From contig OZ024743.1 in NCBI GenBank assembly GCA_964016885.1, positions 328,476,001 through 328,540,000 on the forward strand: 64,000 bases of DNA, written 5' to 3'. This DNA comes from Eledone cirrhosa (taxonomy: Eukaryota). The position numbers and the translations under genes were made by a program. Shown here piece after piece: positions 1-17,107 of this stretch. The notes under the pieces are model-generated. The model saw nothing but the letters and a program-made list of their open reading frames with translations. It made no database searches and was not told the origin of the DNA. Each line of letters opens with the position of its first letter. Within the stretch, counting starts at the first letter, position 1.

Positions 1-159
1 GTGTGTGCATGTGAGAGAGAAAGAGAGAGAGAAATGGAAGCGCGAGAGCATTGGTGTAGGTGTGCGTATGGCTGAGAGAGAGAGAGAGGGGGGGTATCGG
101 TGTAGTAGTGGGAAAGATAGAGAAATGGGAGGCGAGAGAACATCGGTGTGGGTGAGAAA

Positions 160-1510
<1,351 letters not shown>

Positions 1511-2200
1511 AGCAAGAGAGTAATAGACAATAGCAAAAGAGAAAGAGAAAAAAAAGTGTGAGCGACACATTTTCTCTGACAAGGAAATTCTTGCTCGAAA
1601 TCATGATTTTTATTTTATCAATGACACAGACAATATTTTCTAAGGATTCTTTAGTGAAAGAAACATTTTTTACCTCCTCCATCCAACACCCAGAAACCCC
1701 TCACACATTCACATTTACCTGATATCACATGACTTTTAAAAGATGATTATCAAAATAGGTGGGAGTGGTGGGAGTAAGATGGTAGTAAGGTGGGAGTAAG
1801 GTGGGAGTGGGATGAGAGTTGGGAGTGTCATTCTTTCTTCACTTCTGTTTCGTTTTAATTATGTACACACACACACACATATATATATGCACACATATAT
1901 ATACACATACCCACACGCATATATATGTGTATATATGTGTATATAAATATATATATGTATATATAGAATATATATATATTTCTTTATATATATAAAGGAA
2001 TAAACACTAAATTGTGTGTTTAGAATTACAAGACGAATATAAACTCTGGTTTGACGAATATAAACTCTGAATCAAACGGAAAATACAAGATAAAATTAAA
2101 ATGTACTGACCGTTTCAATAACTATTATCTCCCTGACAGATTAGAGACTAAATAGAAACTAAATATGTATGTATATAAATGTATATATATGTATATATAA

Positions 2201-2246
<46 letters not shown>

Positions 2247-2331
2247 GTTAAGCGTCAGTCATACAAAAGTGAGTTACAAACGAAACGAAATTTAATTTCG
2301 TTTCGTTATTTTTTTTATTTTTTTTTTTTTT

Positions 2332-2378
<47 letters not shown>

Positions 2379-2385
<7 letters not shown>

Positions 2386-3101
2386 AAAAAAAGATGAAAT
2401 CGAAGATGCAACTGGAGCCTTATTTAAAAATATATATATATATTTATTTGGTTCCTTTACCGGTTTCGCAGTTCTTCTGCTTTTCAAAAGTGGAGTTGAG
2501 ATGGAGGGTCTGTGGTTTTTCTCACATCTGGTTGGTCTCTGAATGTTACTTGTTTTATATGGAAAAAGTGGCAGAATAGATTTCCAAATAAGGGCGCGAA
2601 AATTTAATGAAAACTTGTTCACGTGACAGCCCTAATTTCATTTATAACCAATCAAATTACGTTTATTAAGGAAAAAAACCCCAAAAAAACCCTTCGTGAG
2701 CCCCCCTTTTTTTTAAGTAAAAAGAAATTCAAACACTCATATATGAAAAAACAACCTGTTTGAAGAACTTTGTAACGCGAACTGGCGCGAAATTTATTAT
2801 AATTATTGACCAACCAATCAAATTACTTCTCGAAAAACCTGGCATTTCGAGCCACTTTTTCCATATAAAACAAGTAACATTCAAAGACCAACCAGATGTG
2901 AGAAAAACCACAGACCCTCCATCTCAACTCCACTTTTGAAATGCAGAAGAACTGCGAAACCGGTAAAGGACCAAATAAATATATATATATATTTTTTTAA
3001 ATACGACTCCAGTTGCATTTTCGATTTCATCTTTTTTTCTTTATACTTTCACTCGTGTAGGACACCTCGGTTATTTTTCATTTTGTAAAAAAAAACCTCA
3101 C

Positions 3102-3107
<6 letters not shown>
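2379..3107. mobile_element. Fold-back element family A (hammerhead-bearing, PLE/retrozyme-like) between (TA)n tracts
   Basis: About 2379-2583 is the reverse complement of about 2850-3045; extra tail 3047-3107 on the right only; related copies at 13984, 15009 and 42615. Confidence 0.8.
2455..2490 (-). ncRNA. Minimal type I hammerhead ribozyme, U3-A8 core variant (family A)
   Basis: Minus strand ctt-TTGAAAA-gcag-aagaa-ctgc-GAAA-C-CG-G-TA-aag. Confidence 0.6.
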
Positions 3108-3176
<69 letters not shown>

Positions 3177-3178
<2 letters not shown>

Positions 3179-3252
3179 ACTTATTCCGGGTTCAATCGGG
3201 GGTAACAACACTTCCTGACGAATGAAACAGTTTTAGTCCTGTAGAAGCTTTT
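3177..3252. mobile_element. Internally deleted derivative of family M
   Basis: Joins the left end (ttattccgggttcaatcgggggtaacaaca) to the right end (cttcctga..gaatgaaacagttttagtcctgtagaagct) of the element at 59338-59537. Confidence 0.7.
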
Positions 3253-3427
3253 ATATATATATATATATCTCTATATATATATTTTGAGTTTATGTTGGTT
3301 GTATACCAACACCTCAGTATGCAGGCTGGAGCACTCGACGAAGTGCGCAGGTTGGTTTGGTTACTCCGGAGTAGTGTAAAATAAAGTTAAATAAAAGTCA
3401 AATGATTAAAGTTTAGCTTCGTTTATT

Positions 3428-3482
3428 ACTGCTATATATATTTCAGTGACAGCCATCTTTGGCTGTGACCTCTTCAGGCAGT
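3428..3482 (-). ncRNA. Type I hammerhead ribozyme (family B, left arm)
   Basis: Minus strand actgc-CTGAAGA-ggtcacagcc-aaagat-ggctgtcact-GAAA-T-ATAT-A-TA-gcagt. Confidence 0.8.
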
Positions 3483-4066
3483 TTGAATTAGTATGGTATA
3501 GACAAGTACATATGTTCTTGAGGTGTATAATATTGTCAATACTCTGATATGCCCAGTTCCTGGTTGGGTTGTTATTTCACTGAGGAACTGGAGTCATATG
3601 AATTCAAACAAACGAATTTCAGTGTCAAAGGTCCTCTTCTCCTCTCATTGTTCAGTTATTAGAACATTCCTCATTCTAAGTGTTGTTATTGTTGGAGTTA
3701 GCTTAAAAATTGATAACATTGATAGAATTCTATAGACTTCTTATTGAGGAATGCTCTCAGAACTGACCAATGGGAAGTTTGACACTTTTTTTTGTTATTT
3801 TGTTCCTTTAACACCTTGTCCCTTCTACCATTTTATCAATTTTTAAGCTAACTCCAACAATAACAACACTTAGAATGAGGAATGTTCTAATAACTGACCA
3901 ATGAGAGGAGAAGAGGACCTTTGACACTGAAATTCGTTTGTTTGAATTCATATGACTCCAGTTCCTCAGTGAAATAACAAACCAACAAGGAACTGGGAAT
4001 ATCAGAGTATTGACAATATTATACACCTAAACAACATATGTACTTGTCTATACCATACTAATTCAA

Positions 4067-4121
4067 ACTGCCTGAAGAGGTCACAGCCAAAGATGGCTGT
4101 CACTGAAATATATATAGCAGT
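4067..4121 (+). ncRNA. Type I hammerhead ribozyme (family B, right arm)
   Basis: actgc-CTGAAGA-ggtcacagcc-aaagat-ggctgtcact-GAAA-TATATA-TA-gcagt; stem I actgc/gcagt. Confidence 0.8.
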
Positions 4122-4165
4122 AATAAACGAAGCTAAACTTTAATCATTTGACTTTTATTTAACTT

Positions 4166-4256
<91 letters not shown>

Positions 4257-4261
<5 letters not shown>

Positions 4262-6277
4262 GTATATATTTATTCTTGTGATTCTATAGACATGTTTTAT
4301 GATATATAGCTCTGATTGTTTAATTTATTAATTTTTCATTGAGCCACAAAGTGACCGGTTGCAAAACACGTATATGTATGTGTGTGTATATATATATATG
4401 TAAACTTTTATGTAATAATCTCCCACTAGGTTGAGATAAAAATTTGGCTGTATTGTGCTGTGCTTTCTAGCAAAAATGCCACCAGTCGTAAGCAACTACC
4501 ACACCCCTTCCAACTTGACCGCGACTACGTCACGATTTTTAGCCATTTTGAAATGAATTTTTGCGCGATCGTTTTGGAAAATTTAATGTCTAGATATGAG
4601 CGAGCTTCCTGAAGAATCCGGCGCTCGAGTTTATATAATTATTACATAATTATTACATAACTCAAAACACGGACGAAACCATGGTAGAGGTATTTAAGTG
4701 TATTCTATTTTCTCCTAGTTTATTTTAAACCTAATTCTGCTTAGTTGACTGTATCTAGGCGATTACGCTGTCGAAATATTCGATAAATATTCCACTACGG
4801 CCGACGCGAAGCGCTAGTTTTGGTTATTTGTCGGAGATTCCTTCATAGAAGCCTCATTCGTATAGCCTGGTCTATTCGATTTTTTATATAGTTAATTATG
4901 CTAATTGGGAGAGGAAATAGTATATATTTTATCTTGTGATTCTATAGACATGTTTTATGATATATAGCTCTGATTGTTTAATTTATTAATTTTTCATTGA
5001 GCCACAAAGTGACCGGTTGCAAAACACGTATATGTATGTGTATGTATATATATATATGTAAACTTTTATATGTAATAATCTCCCACTAGGTTGAGATAAA
5101 AATTTGGCTGTATTGTGCTGTGCTTTCTAGCAAAAATGCCACCAGTCGTAAGCAACTACCACACCCCTTCCAACTTGACCGCGACTACGTCACGATTTTT
5201 AGACATTTTGAAATGAATTCTTGGCGCGATCGTTTTGGAAAATTTAATGTCTAGATATGAGCGAGCTTCCTGAAGAATCCGGCGCTCGAGTTTATATAAT
5301 TATTACATAATTATTGGAAAACTCAAAACACGGACGAACCATGGTAGAGGTATTTAAATGTATTCTATTTTCTCCTAGTTTATTTTAAACCTAATTCTGC
5401 TTAGTTGACTGTATCTAGGCGATTACGCTGTCGAAATATTCGATAAATATTTCACTACGGCCGACGCGAAGCGCTAATTTTGGTTATTTGTCGGAGAATC
5501 CTTCATAGAAGCCTCATTCGTATAGCCTGGTCTATTCGATTTTTTATATAGTTAATTATGCTAATTGGGAGAGGAAATAGTATATATTTTATCTTGTGAT
5601 TCTATAGACATGTTTTATGATATATAGCTCTGATTGTTTAATTTATTAATTTTTCATTGAGCCACAAAGTGACCGGTTGCAAAACACGTATATGTATGTG
5701 TATGTATATATATATATGTAAACTTTTATATGTAATAATCTCCCACTAGGTTGAGATAAAAATTTGGCTGTATTGTGCTGTGCTTTCTAGCAAAAATGCC
5801 ACCAGTCGTAAGCAACTACCACACCCCTTCCAACTTGACCGCGACTACGTCACGATTTTTAGCCATTTTGAAATGAATTCTTGGCGCGATCGTTTTGGAA
5901 AATTTAATGTCTAGATATGAGCGAGCTTCCTGAAGAATCCGGCGCTCGAGTTTATATAATTATTACATAATTATTGGAAAACTCAAAACACAGACGAACC
6001 ATGGTAGAGGTATTTAAATGTATTCTATTTTCTCCTAGTTTATTTTAAACCTAATTCTGCTTAGTTGACTGTATCTAGGCGATTACGCTGTCGAAATATT
6101 CGATAAATATTTCACTACGGCCGACGCGAAGCGCTAATTTTGGTTATTTGTCGGAGAATCCTTCATAGAAGCCTCATTCGTATAGCCTGGTCTATTCGAT
6201 TTTTTATATAGTTAATTATGCTAATTGGGAGAGGAAATAGTATATATTTTATCTTGTGATTCTATAGACATGTTTTA

Positions 6278-6281
<4 letters not shown>
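4257..6281. repeat. Tandem array of three ~660-bp units plus a ~47-bp partial fourth unit, flanked by (TA)n
   Basis: Unit start AAATAGTATATATTT recurs at 4257, 4915, 5575 and 6235; units are near-identical. Confidence 0.95.
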
Positions 6282-6353
<72 letters not shown>

Positions 6354-6445
6354 TTTAAAGTTGGGGGAGTGTAAGGTAAAAAATATTTAATTTAATAATT
6401 CCTTGATTACAAACTTCAATCTGCCTTCTTCTTCTTCTTCTTCTT

Positions 6446-6478
<33 letters not shown>

Positions 6479-6576
6479 CTTGCTCGATGGGACTGGGGTC
6501 TTCTATGGTCAGTGATCCCAGAGGCCTCAATATATATATAAATATACAAATGTGTGTGTTTGTGTGCGTGTGTGTG

Positions 6577-6633
<57 letters not shown>

Positions 6634-7377
6634 CATACAAATCTTGGACTCCAAATAAATACGTTCAATGCTATAGCGATCATTATTGAAGTCACGGATG
6701 CACTAGTAGTTTATAGAAGAAACAATATACATATATTCCTGGTTCAGTCAATTCAAGTTTATATTTTAGCGTTCTGTCAGACCCAGGATTATTTACTTGA
6801 GTAAATATCACTGGAATCTAACTACTAAATTGTATACAGAAAAGGATAAGATATATTTACAAAACACCATCTCGAATACAAGTCTTCATTTTATTGTAAC
6901 TCCGTTATAATTGTTGTACACAAAATATCCTCACGCATATTTAGGTTTGGTCCAAGCCCATGATTAACATGTTCATCTTCAGTGTTGTCGGTTCGAAGGA
7001 AAGGCGCCAAAGAGAGATATAGCTTGGCTGTGTTGTCGCTATTTATAACCTCTTTCCGGAAGTTGCAAAAGAGGGTTCTAGACTTTCGACGGGAAGTAAC
7101 TCTAGCTACTTCCCTGTCTAGAGAGCGCTACAAGACTCCACTCTCAGACGAGAAGTCGAATGACCAAATGAAATCCTTGTAGCGAGAACATGAGGAGCAA
7201 AGCAAAAGGTACAAGAACATGAATGAATAAAACATGCAAAAAAATGTAACTGGAACAATACAAATCAAAATAGTACAAGGGAGCAAGGAAAATAGAGAGC
7301 GCTACATCATCAATTCCTTATGAGGAATGTTCTACTCCAGACTAGTTTATTTAATGTATTCCCCACACTCCTTATAT

Positions 7378-7530
7378 AGATGGCGGCGAATTGACAGAGT
7401 CGTTAGAATATTTTATGATATTCCTTCCGGCTCGCTACTCTCTGAGTTCAAATCCCACCGAAGTCAACTTTGCCTTTCATCCATTCGAGGTTGATAAAAA
7501 AAGTACCAGTCTAGTACTGGGGTCGATTCT
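7378..7530 (+). mobile_element. tRNA-derived SINE (octopus-type)
   Basis: B-box-like GAGTTCAAATCCC followed by the domain CAACTTTGCCTTTCATCC..GGTYGATAAAA..AAGTACCAGT shared with several other copies in the window. Confidence 0.75.
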
Positions 7531-8573
7531 TCCTCTATATCTCTTTCTCATTTCCACTTTCTCACTTTTTATCTTTCTCTGGAAGAAATCTGCCGTAGTC
7601 AGGCCTGGAGAACGATCGGCTCCGCCAGGTTTAAAATGTCCCAAAACGGCCTATGTCAATATACTTATATAGGTTGTATAGATTGAGTGGTATTTCGCTG
7701 CTATTTCACACGTGTTCTGGTTGCTGTATATAGGGTGTAACAACAACAGTAACTTGTTTTCATTTAGTATGCAATGAAAAATGTTATGTTGACGTTAGGA
7801 GAAATATAAAAAAAAGAAAATATTTTATTAGAAAACACCCTATATAAATTTAATTTCAAAAGCAGTCTTTTGATTGAGGAATTCGGCAAACACTTGGTAC
7901 TTCCTGAAACAAATATACAGATCTGTCAACTCTCCCCGTCCGACAGGGACATCACCCACTCACTTTGGGATGGGTGAGATACGTCATGTAAAATCTCCCT
8001 ATTTAGCCTCATTTCATGGTACTCCACGTTTAGGATTTTAGAGGTTGGCAGCTCTGAACATATTTTCAGGTAGTCAGAACGGAGAGTTAGTATGGGAAAA
8101 TATAGATTTCTGATGTGGTGCTTCCGGTCTGTGTTACGTATTGGATTATAGAAGCGAGATATGGTTTAACTATCAAGATTGGCAAACATGTAGCGGATTA
8201 CGTTATTTTACAAGACTGCACCATATTCTGACTTTAATTCTTTTTATTTGGGTTACTTGGTACTTTAATGTTATATCTTTTATTTTTATTGAATATAACG
8301 ACTAAGCAAATTAGAACCGACCTACAGGTAATCATATCTATGCATGTATGTATGGTTGTGGTATTACACATTAAATTTATTCTGTTATGCGCATTTCTGC
8401 AAAGCTAGCACATTGTTACTGCGTAATCGTTACTTAGGCTAGCATGGCCTCATCAGAAAGTATTTAAAAGTGGTTTAACGAGAGACAAAGGGCCATTGTA
8501 GCGTGTACTCGCTTAGCATATCTATATATCTGTCTATCTTTCTCTGTTTTTCTCTCTCTCCCCCTCTCTCTCT

Positions 8574-8639
<66 letters not shown>

Positions 8640-9037
8640 GAATACACGAGAGAGAAAGAAAAAAGAGATAGATAGAGAGATAGGTAGATAGATACATGTA
8701 CGTCTCTCTCTCCCTCTCTCTCTCTCTCTATCTAGCTTTCTCTCTTTTTCTTTCTCTCTCCACACACACACACATATATATATGAATACACGAGAGAAAG
8801 AATATATATCTATATATGTTTCGTTTCTGAATTTGTTTAGCAAGATTCTTTATCTGAAAACGTGTTTTGAAACCGATATTGTTATACTTTGTTATACTTT
8901 GGGTCATGTTGCCAATAAGAAACACAGGCACCAGTTGATTTCACTCCAATTTATTATAAATTAAATTTATAAATTTAAGAATTTATAAATTTCCGGTTGG
9001 TTGGTTGATTCCATAACCGGACGGTTGTTCATATATT

Positions 9038-9080
9038 ATCAAAGTTCTTTCGTCACACATTCTGTGACCTCTTCAGTGAC
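9038..9080 (-). ncRNA. Hammerhead ribozyme motif (family C, left arm)
   Basis: Minus strand gtca-CTGAAGA-g-gtcaca-gaatg-tgtgac-GAAA-G-AA-C-TT-tgat. Confidence 0.65.
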
Positions 9081-9797
9081 TGGGGATTCTTTTCTTTGTT
9101 TTGTGCCTCTCCTTTGTTCTGTCCTACGCCATCTTGTTTTTGTGTGTGTTGCGTGCTTAGTTTGCGCATGTGTTACATCTGGGTGTCTGTGGGTGTTTAT
9201 ATTTGTTTATTTATTTGTTTATTTACATGTTACTGGTTGTTTTTTTTATTCTATGTGTGTGTTTGTTTTCATTTTGTCCTTAATTGCAAGTTGTGATGTT
9301 GCTATTCCATTCATGTTTTGATTTAATTTTGGTTGAAGTTCATTTATGTTTATTGCCTCTGTGATTTGTCTAAACATTGCGTCTTTTCTGTGTGTAGATT
9401 CTATTTTTATTTCTATGTTCTCTATTTTTATTTCTATGTTCTCTAATGTTTCTCAAATTAAAGAACATAGAATAAAAATAGAATCTACACACAGAAAAGA
9501 CGCAATGTTTAGACAAATCACAGAGGCAATAAACATAAATGAACTCCAAAATTAAATAGAAAACATCAATGGAATAGCAACATCACAACTTACAATTAAG
9601 GGCAAAGTGAAAACACACACACACATAGAACAAACAACCAACCAGTAACATGTAAATAAACAAATAAATAAACAAATAAAAACACACACAGACACCCGGA
9701 TGTAACACATGCGCAAACTAAGCCCACAACACACACAGAAACAAGATGGCGTAGGACAGAACAATGGAGAGGCACAAAACAAAGAAAAGAATCCCCA

Positions 9798-9840
9798 GTC
9801 ACTGAAGAGGTCACAGAATGTGTGACGAAAGAACTTTGAC
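9798..9840 (+). ncRNA. Hammerhead ribozyme motif (family C, right arm)
   Basis: gtca-CTGAAGA-g-gtcaca-gaatg-tgtgac-GAAA-G-AA-C-TT-tgac. Confidence 0.7.
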
Positions 9841-9972
9841 AATCTATGAACAACCGTCCGGTTATGCAACCAACCAACCAACCGGAAATTTATAAATTTA
9901 ATTTAGAATAAATTGGAGTGAAAGCAACTGGTGCGTGTGTTTCTTATTGGCAACATGACCCTCCCAAAGCAT

Positions 9973-10014
<42 letters not shown>

Positions 10015-10082
10015 TTCTCTCTCTCTATTCCTCTCACTATTTCTCTCTCTATTCCTCTCACTATTTATCTCTCTCTCTCTCT

Positions 10083-11319
<1,237 letters not shown>

Positions 11320-11770
11320 TATATATATAGAGAGAGAGAGAATAAATGTGTGTGAGTGTTGTAAGCAAAGGAAATCACACAGAATGGTGATAGAGTTATT
11401 GGTGAATTTAGAAAAAAGGTGTTTATCGAAAAGTGGTATTCCATTATTGCCTACAGTCGACTTCGATCTTGGTGAAGAAATCGAAACTATGTAACACCCA
11501 GCAAAAATTGTGAAACTATTCATTGATTTCCATCCAACAGATTCCAGCATCTCTGTTGTTGATCTCTGACTAAGGAAGAGTTTGAATTGTTAGAACAGCT
11601 AATAACGTTTACTGTTTCATTGGAATACATACACACACGCACGCACGCTTGCAGACATGCACACATACACACACACACATGTGCCCACACACAGAGACAG
11701 ACACACATACATACACACACAGATACCCCTTCGCCCCAACACACACACAAACATATATATATATATATAT

Positions 11771-13320
<1,550 letters not shown>

Positions 13321-13421
13321 TATATATATATATATATATATATGTAGGCCCCCGTAAAATCATTGAGCGAGTGGTAAATTTCGGCGGGCTAGCACAAACT
13401 CAATTTGTCTAGTTCGATATA

Positions 13422-13503
<82 letters not shown>

Positions 13504-13507
<4 letters not shown>

Positions 13508-13926
13508 TAAAAAGGAAAAGAAAATGCTGACAAATTTTTCCCAGTGAAAAATAGTTTAATTAGGAATAAGTATGAATTAGTAATAAGTATTAGTTAGTAT
13601 TCAGTTTTAGTTTTAAGTTTTTATCGGTTGCGCCTTTCTTATGCTTTTCAAAAATAATTTTGAGATAGAGTGCTCGTGATTTTTGCTCTAATCTGATTTA
13701 CTCTAATCAGATTAGAGCAAAAATCACGAGCACACTATCTCAAAATTATTTTTGAAAAGCATAAGAAATGCGCAACCGGTAAAAACTTAAAACTAAAACT
13801 GAATACTAACTAATACTTATTACTAATTTATACTTATTCCTAATTAAATTATTTTTCAATGGGAAAAATTTGTCAGCATTTTCTTTTCCTTTTTACTAAT
13901 ATATCACAACTCGTGTGTCACACCTC

Positions 13927-13932
<6 letters not shown>
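13504..13932. mobile_element. Fold-back element family E (degenerate hammerhead)
   Basis: Near-perfect palindrome centred at about 13697; short right tail; right arm reads TTGAAAA-gcat-aagaa-atgc-GCAA-CCGG-TA-aaaa. Confidence 0.8.
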
Positions 13933-13983
<51 letters not shown>

Positions 13984-13988
<5 letters not shown>

Positions 13989-14520
13989 AAAAAGATGAAA
14001 TCGAAAATGCAACTGGAGTCTTTTTTTTTTTAAATATATATTTATTTGGTTCCTTTACCGGTTTCGCAGTTCTGCTTTTCAAAAGTAGAATTGAGATGGA
14101 GGGTCTGTGGTTTTTCTCACATCTGGTTTGTCTTTGAATGTTACTTCTGTTTTATATGGAAAAAAGCGGCTCGAAATGCTAGGTTTTTAGAGAAGTAATT
14201 TGGTTGGTTGGTGAATAAGTATAATAAATTTCGCTCCAGTCGCGTTACAAAGTTCTTATTATATTTGCCTTAAAAAAAAAGGGGGGGGGGGGGGCTCAAG
14301 TTGTTTTTTCATATATGAGTGAAGTTTGGTTGGTTGATGCAGTCGGGTGAATAAGCACATCAGCTTTCGCGCCAGTTTGTATTTGAATTTCTTTTTACTT
14401 TAAAAAAAGGTGGCTCACGAAGGCTTTTTTTTTTTATAAATGTAATTTGATTGGTTATGAATGAAATTATGACTGTCACGTGAACAAGTACATTAAATTT
14501 CGCGGTCGTATTTTGGAATT
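13984..14520 (-). mobile_element. Family A copy (single arm plus internal region)
   Basis: Matches 2379-2583 and the reverse complement of the 2590-2850 spacer; hammerhead stem II loop shortened. Confidence 0.75.
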
Positions 14521-14624
14521 TTTTTGTAGCCATTTAGAGAATTTTGTGACAAACAAAAGATAATGGTCAAGAAAAAGGGATGGAGAAAGTTGTTCTCAGT
14601 ATGACTGATGTGCTGAACTATATA

Positions 14625-14687
<63 letters not shown>

Positions 14688-14709
14688 CATACATACATAC
14701 ATACATACA

Positions 14710-14954
14710 TTGAAAAGGAGAATATTTATGCAGAACTGATGAGAAATCTGCAGATACTCCACCCTGATTACACCTTCAGATTTATGCCTGTGATTATTGG
14801 GGCACTGGGATATGTTAGTAACTGCCTCAATACAAATCTTGAGAAGCTAGGCTTCACAGGAACAGAAAGAACACAACTAGTTAGGAAACAACAAGTACAA
14901 TCCATTAATGGAACAGTAAAAATATGTAAAACATTCCAAAAATTTTGCATCTAA
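14710..14954 (+). pseudogene. 3' fragment of an RLE-type non-LTR retrotransposon ORF (R4/Dong-like restriction-like endonuclease C-terminus)
   Basis: Translation EKENIYAELMRNLQILHPDYTFRFMPVIIGALGYVSNCLNTNLEKLGF contains the K..Y..L...PVIIGALG motif. Confidence 0.7.
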
Positions 14955-15008
14955 TAACTGCATATACACATGTACAGATACAAAGCATATACATATGCAC
15001 ACATGAAA

Positions 15009-15487
<479 letters not shown>

Positions 15488-15624
15488 GGTTTGTTGGTTC
15501 ACCACTGGATAGAACTGGTCATTCCGTATGGTCAACTTCGATGTATTATTATAGAGAGCACTCAACGTAATGCAACTCACCCGTCTTCGTTTGTGTAGTT
15601 GGTGTTGCGAGTACGGAGTTAATT

Positions 15625-15752
15625 ATTATAAAATAACAGGAGGCTGGACTGGTGTAAATCCTTGATGTCACCGGATTCATACTGAACCCGGTCATTGAAA
15701 TGATCATAATATAATAAACCCTTCAAGGATTTACACCAGTCCAGCCTCCTGT

Positions 15753-15760
<8 letters not shown>
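15625..15760. mobile_element. Short inverted-repeat element family F
   Basis: ATAAAATAACAGGAGGCTGGACTGGTGTAAATCCTTGA and its inverse; interior matches the reverse complement of 59560-59665. Confidence 0.7.
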
Positions 15761-15844
<84 letters not shown>

Positions 15845-16297
15845 GGGCGGGTGAAATTCCCGAGATCCATGGACGAGTTCTCTCCAGCGGTCTCTGCTCC
15901 TCATTATCGCTGCCATGTCCTGCGTCTCCAAGAGACCAGTGTCTGTCCTTAGGGCATCAACATATGTTAACCTCGGTCTTCCTCTTCCAGTGTGTCCATG
16001 CAGGGGATCCCACAGGAGCACTGAGTGCAGTGTCAACTCTGGATGTCGGTGAGCATGTCCAGCTACCATCAGTCTCCTCTGTGCCACTCTTGAGCTGACT
16101 TTTAGGAGGCTCCCGTACAGCTCTGTGTTCTTCATCCTCAGTGTTTACTGATTAATGTTCAGAGCCATTCTCAGCATTCTCGTGTAGCACTCATCCACCA
16201 TCTGAGTGAGTTTCTTGGTCAGTGTCCAAGTCTCAGACCCGTACAGCAGCACAGACTCCACTACAGCAACGAAGAGACGGATCTTCAGCTCTTTACG
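15845..16297 (-). pseudogene. RTE-like LINE 3' end (RT C-terminal region)
   Basis: RRLMVAGHAHRH..VLLWDP..GRGRPRLTYVDAL..DRWRELV, typical of the RTE-clade C-terminus; ends in (TA)n. Confidence 0.8.
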
Positions 16298-16311
16298 AAT
16301 ATCTATATCTA

Positions 16312-16451
<140 letters not shown>

Positions 16452-16754
16452 TAGATAGATAGATAGATATATTTAAGACGACATCAGAAGACCGTACTGG
16501 AAGATATGATTCCTTGATATCATTATACATATTTCAATGGCCAGCTCCATCATCCAATTATGATACAAGACAGAACGGCCTCATCTGGTAACTTTGATAG
16601 TGTTACGAAGACGGGATTATGTAGAACCCATACTTATAGAATATAGGGAAAATAGAATAGTTGAAAAATTGAAAACTGAAGTAGGAAAAAGGAAAAGAAA
16701 ATCTGACTTGAAGACCGGAAATACTGAAAAAAATTATCACCCCCACCATATCCT

Positions 16755-16914
16755 CTCACGAATACCATTATAACGAATTTTTCAGTATAACGAAAATTTT
16801 TCAATCTACTGCCACATGTTCGATGTGTTAGGTCAATCTCGTTATAAAGAATTTTTCGTTACAACGAATTTTTTTATACCCCGTGAATTTCGTTATAACG
16901 GAATTTTACTGTAT
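16755..16914. mobile_element. Tc1/pogo-type MITE remnant
   Basis: Right end CGTTATAACGGAATTTTACTG-TA (TIR type CAGTAAAATTCCGTTATAACG) with repeated TATAACGAA motifs. Confidence 0.55.
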
Positions 16915-17033
16915 ATATTTAAGATACTCCTTTTGCAGATTCTTTTTCCTTTTTCCTTCTTCACTTTTTAATTTCCCTATATTCTATGATAAGTATGGGT
17001 TCTACATAATCCCGTCTTCGTAACACTGTCAAA

Positions 17034-17107
17034 GTTACCAGATGAGGCCGTTCTGTCTTGTATCATAATTGGATGATGGAGCTGGCCATTGAAATATGTA
17101 TAGTGAT
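17034..17107 (+). ncRNA. Hammerhead-like motif, A4 variant with long stem II (family G); mirror at about 16519-16592
   Basis: gttac-CAGATGA-ggcc..ggcc-att-GAAA-T-ATGT-A-TA-gtgat. Confidence 0.5.

Larger units (their letters stand above)
3281..4172. mobile_element. Fold-back element family B in (TA)n
   Basis: Arms about 3380-3720 and 3832-4172 are inverted; about 100-bp tail on the left only; second copy at 62708-63247. Confidence 0.85.
8819..9977. mobile_element. Fold-back element family C
   Basis: Arms of about 550 bp inverted around about 9455; left-only tail 8819-8877; second copy at 21853-22562. Confidence 0.85.

Noticed and set aside
3523-4026. Pairs of convergent or divergent near-identical ORFs (also 10377/10869 and 22011/22240)
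   Set aside because: A by-product of the palindromes; no recognisable protein motif, and no convincing GIY-YIG or RT remnant
4600-4630. CTGAAGA in the 660-bp tandem unit as a hammerhead
   Set aside because: No matching stem II/GAAA/stem I' arrangement found by eye
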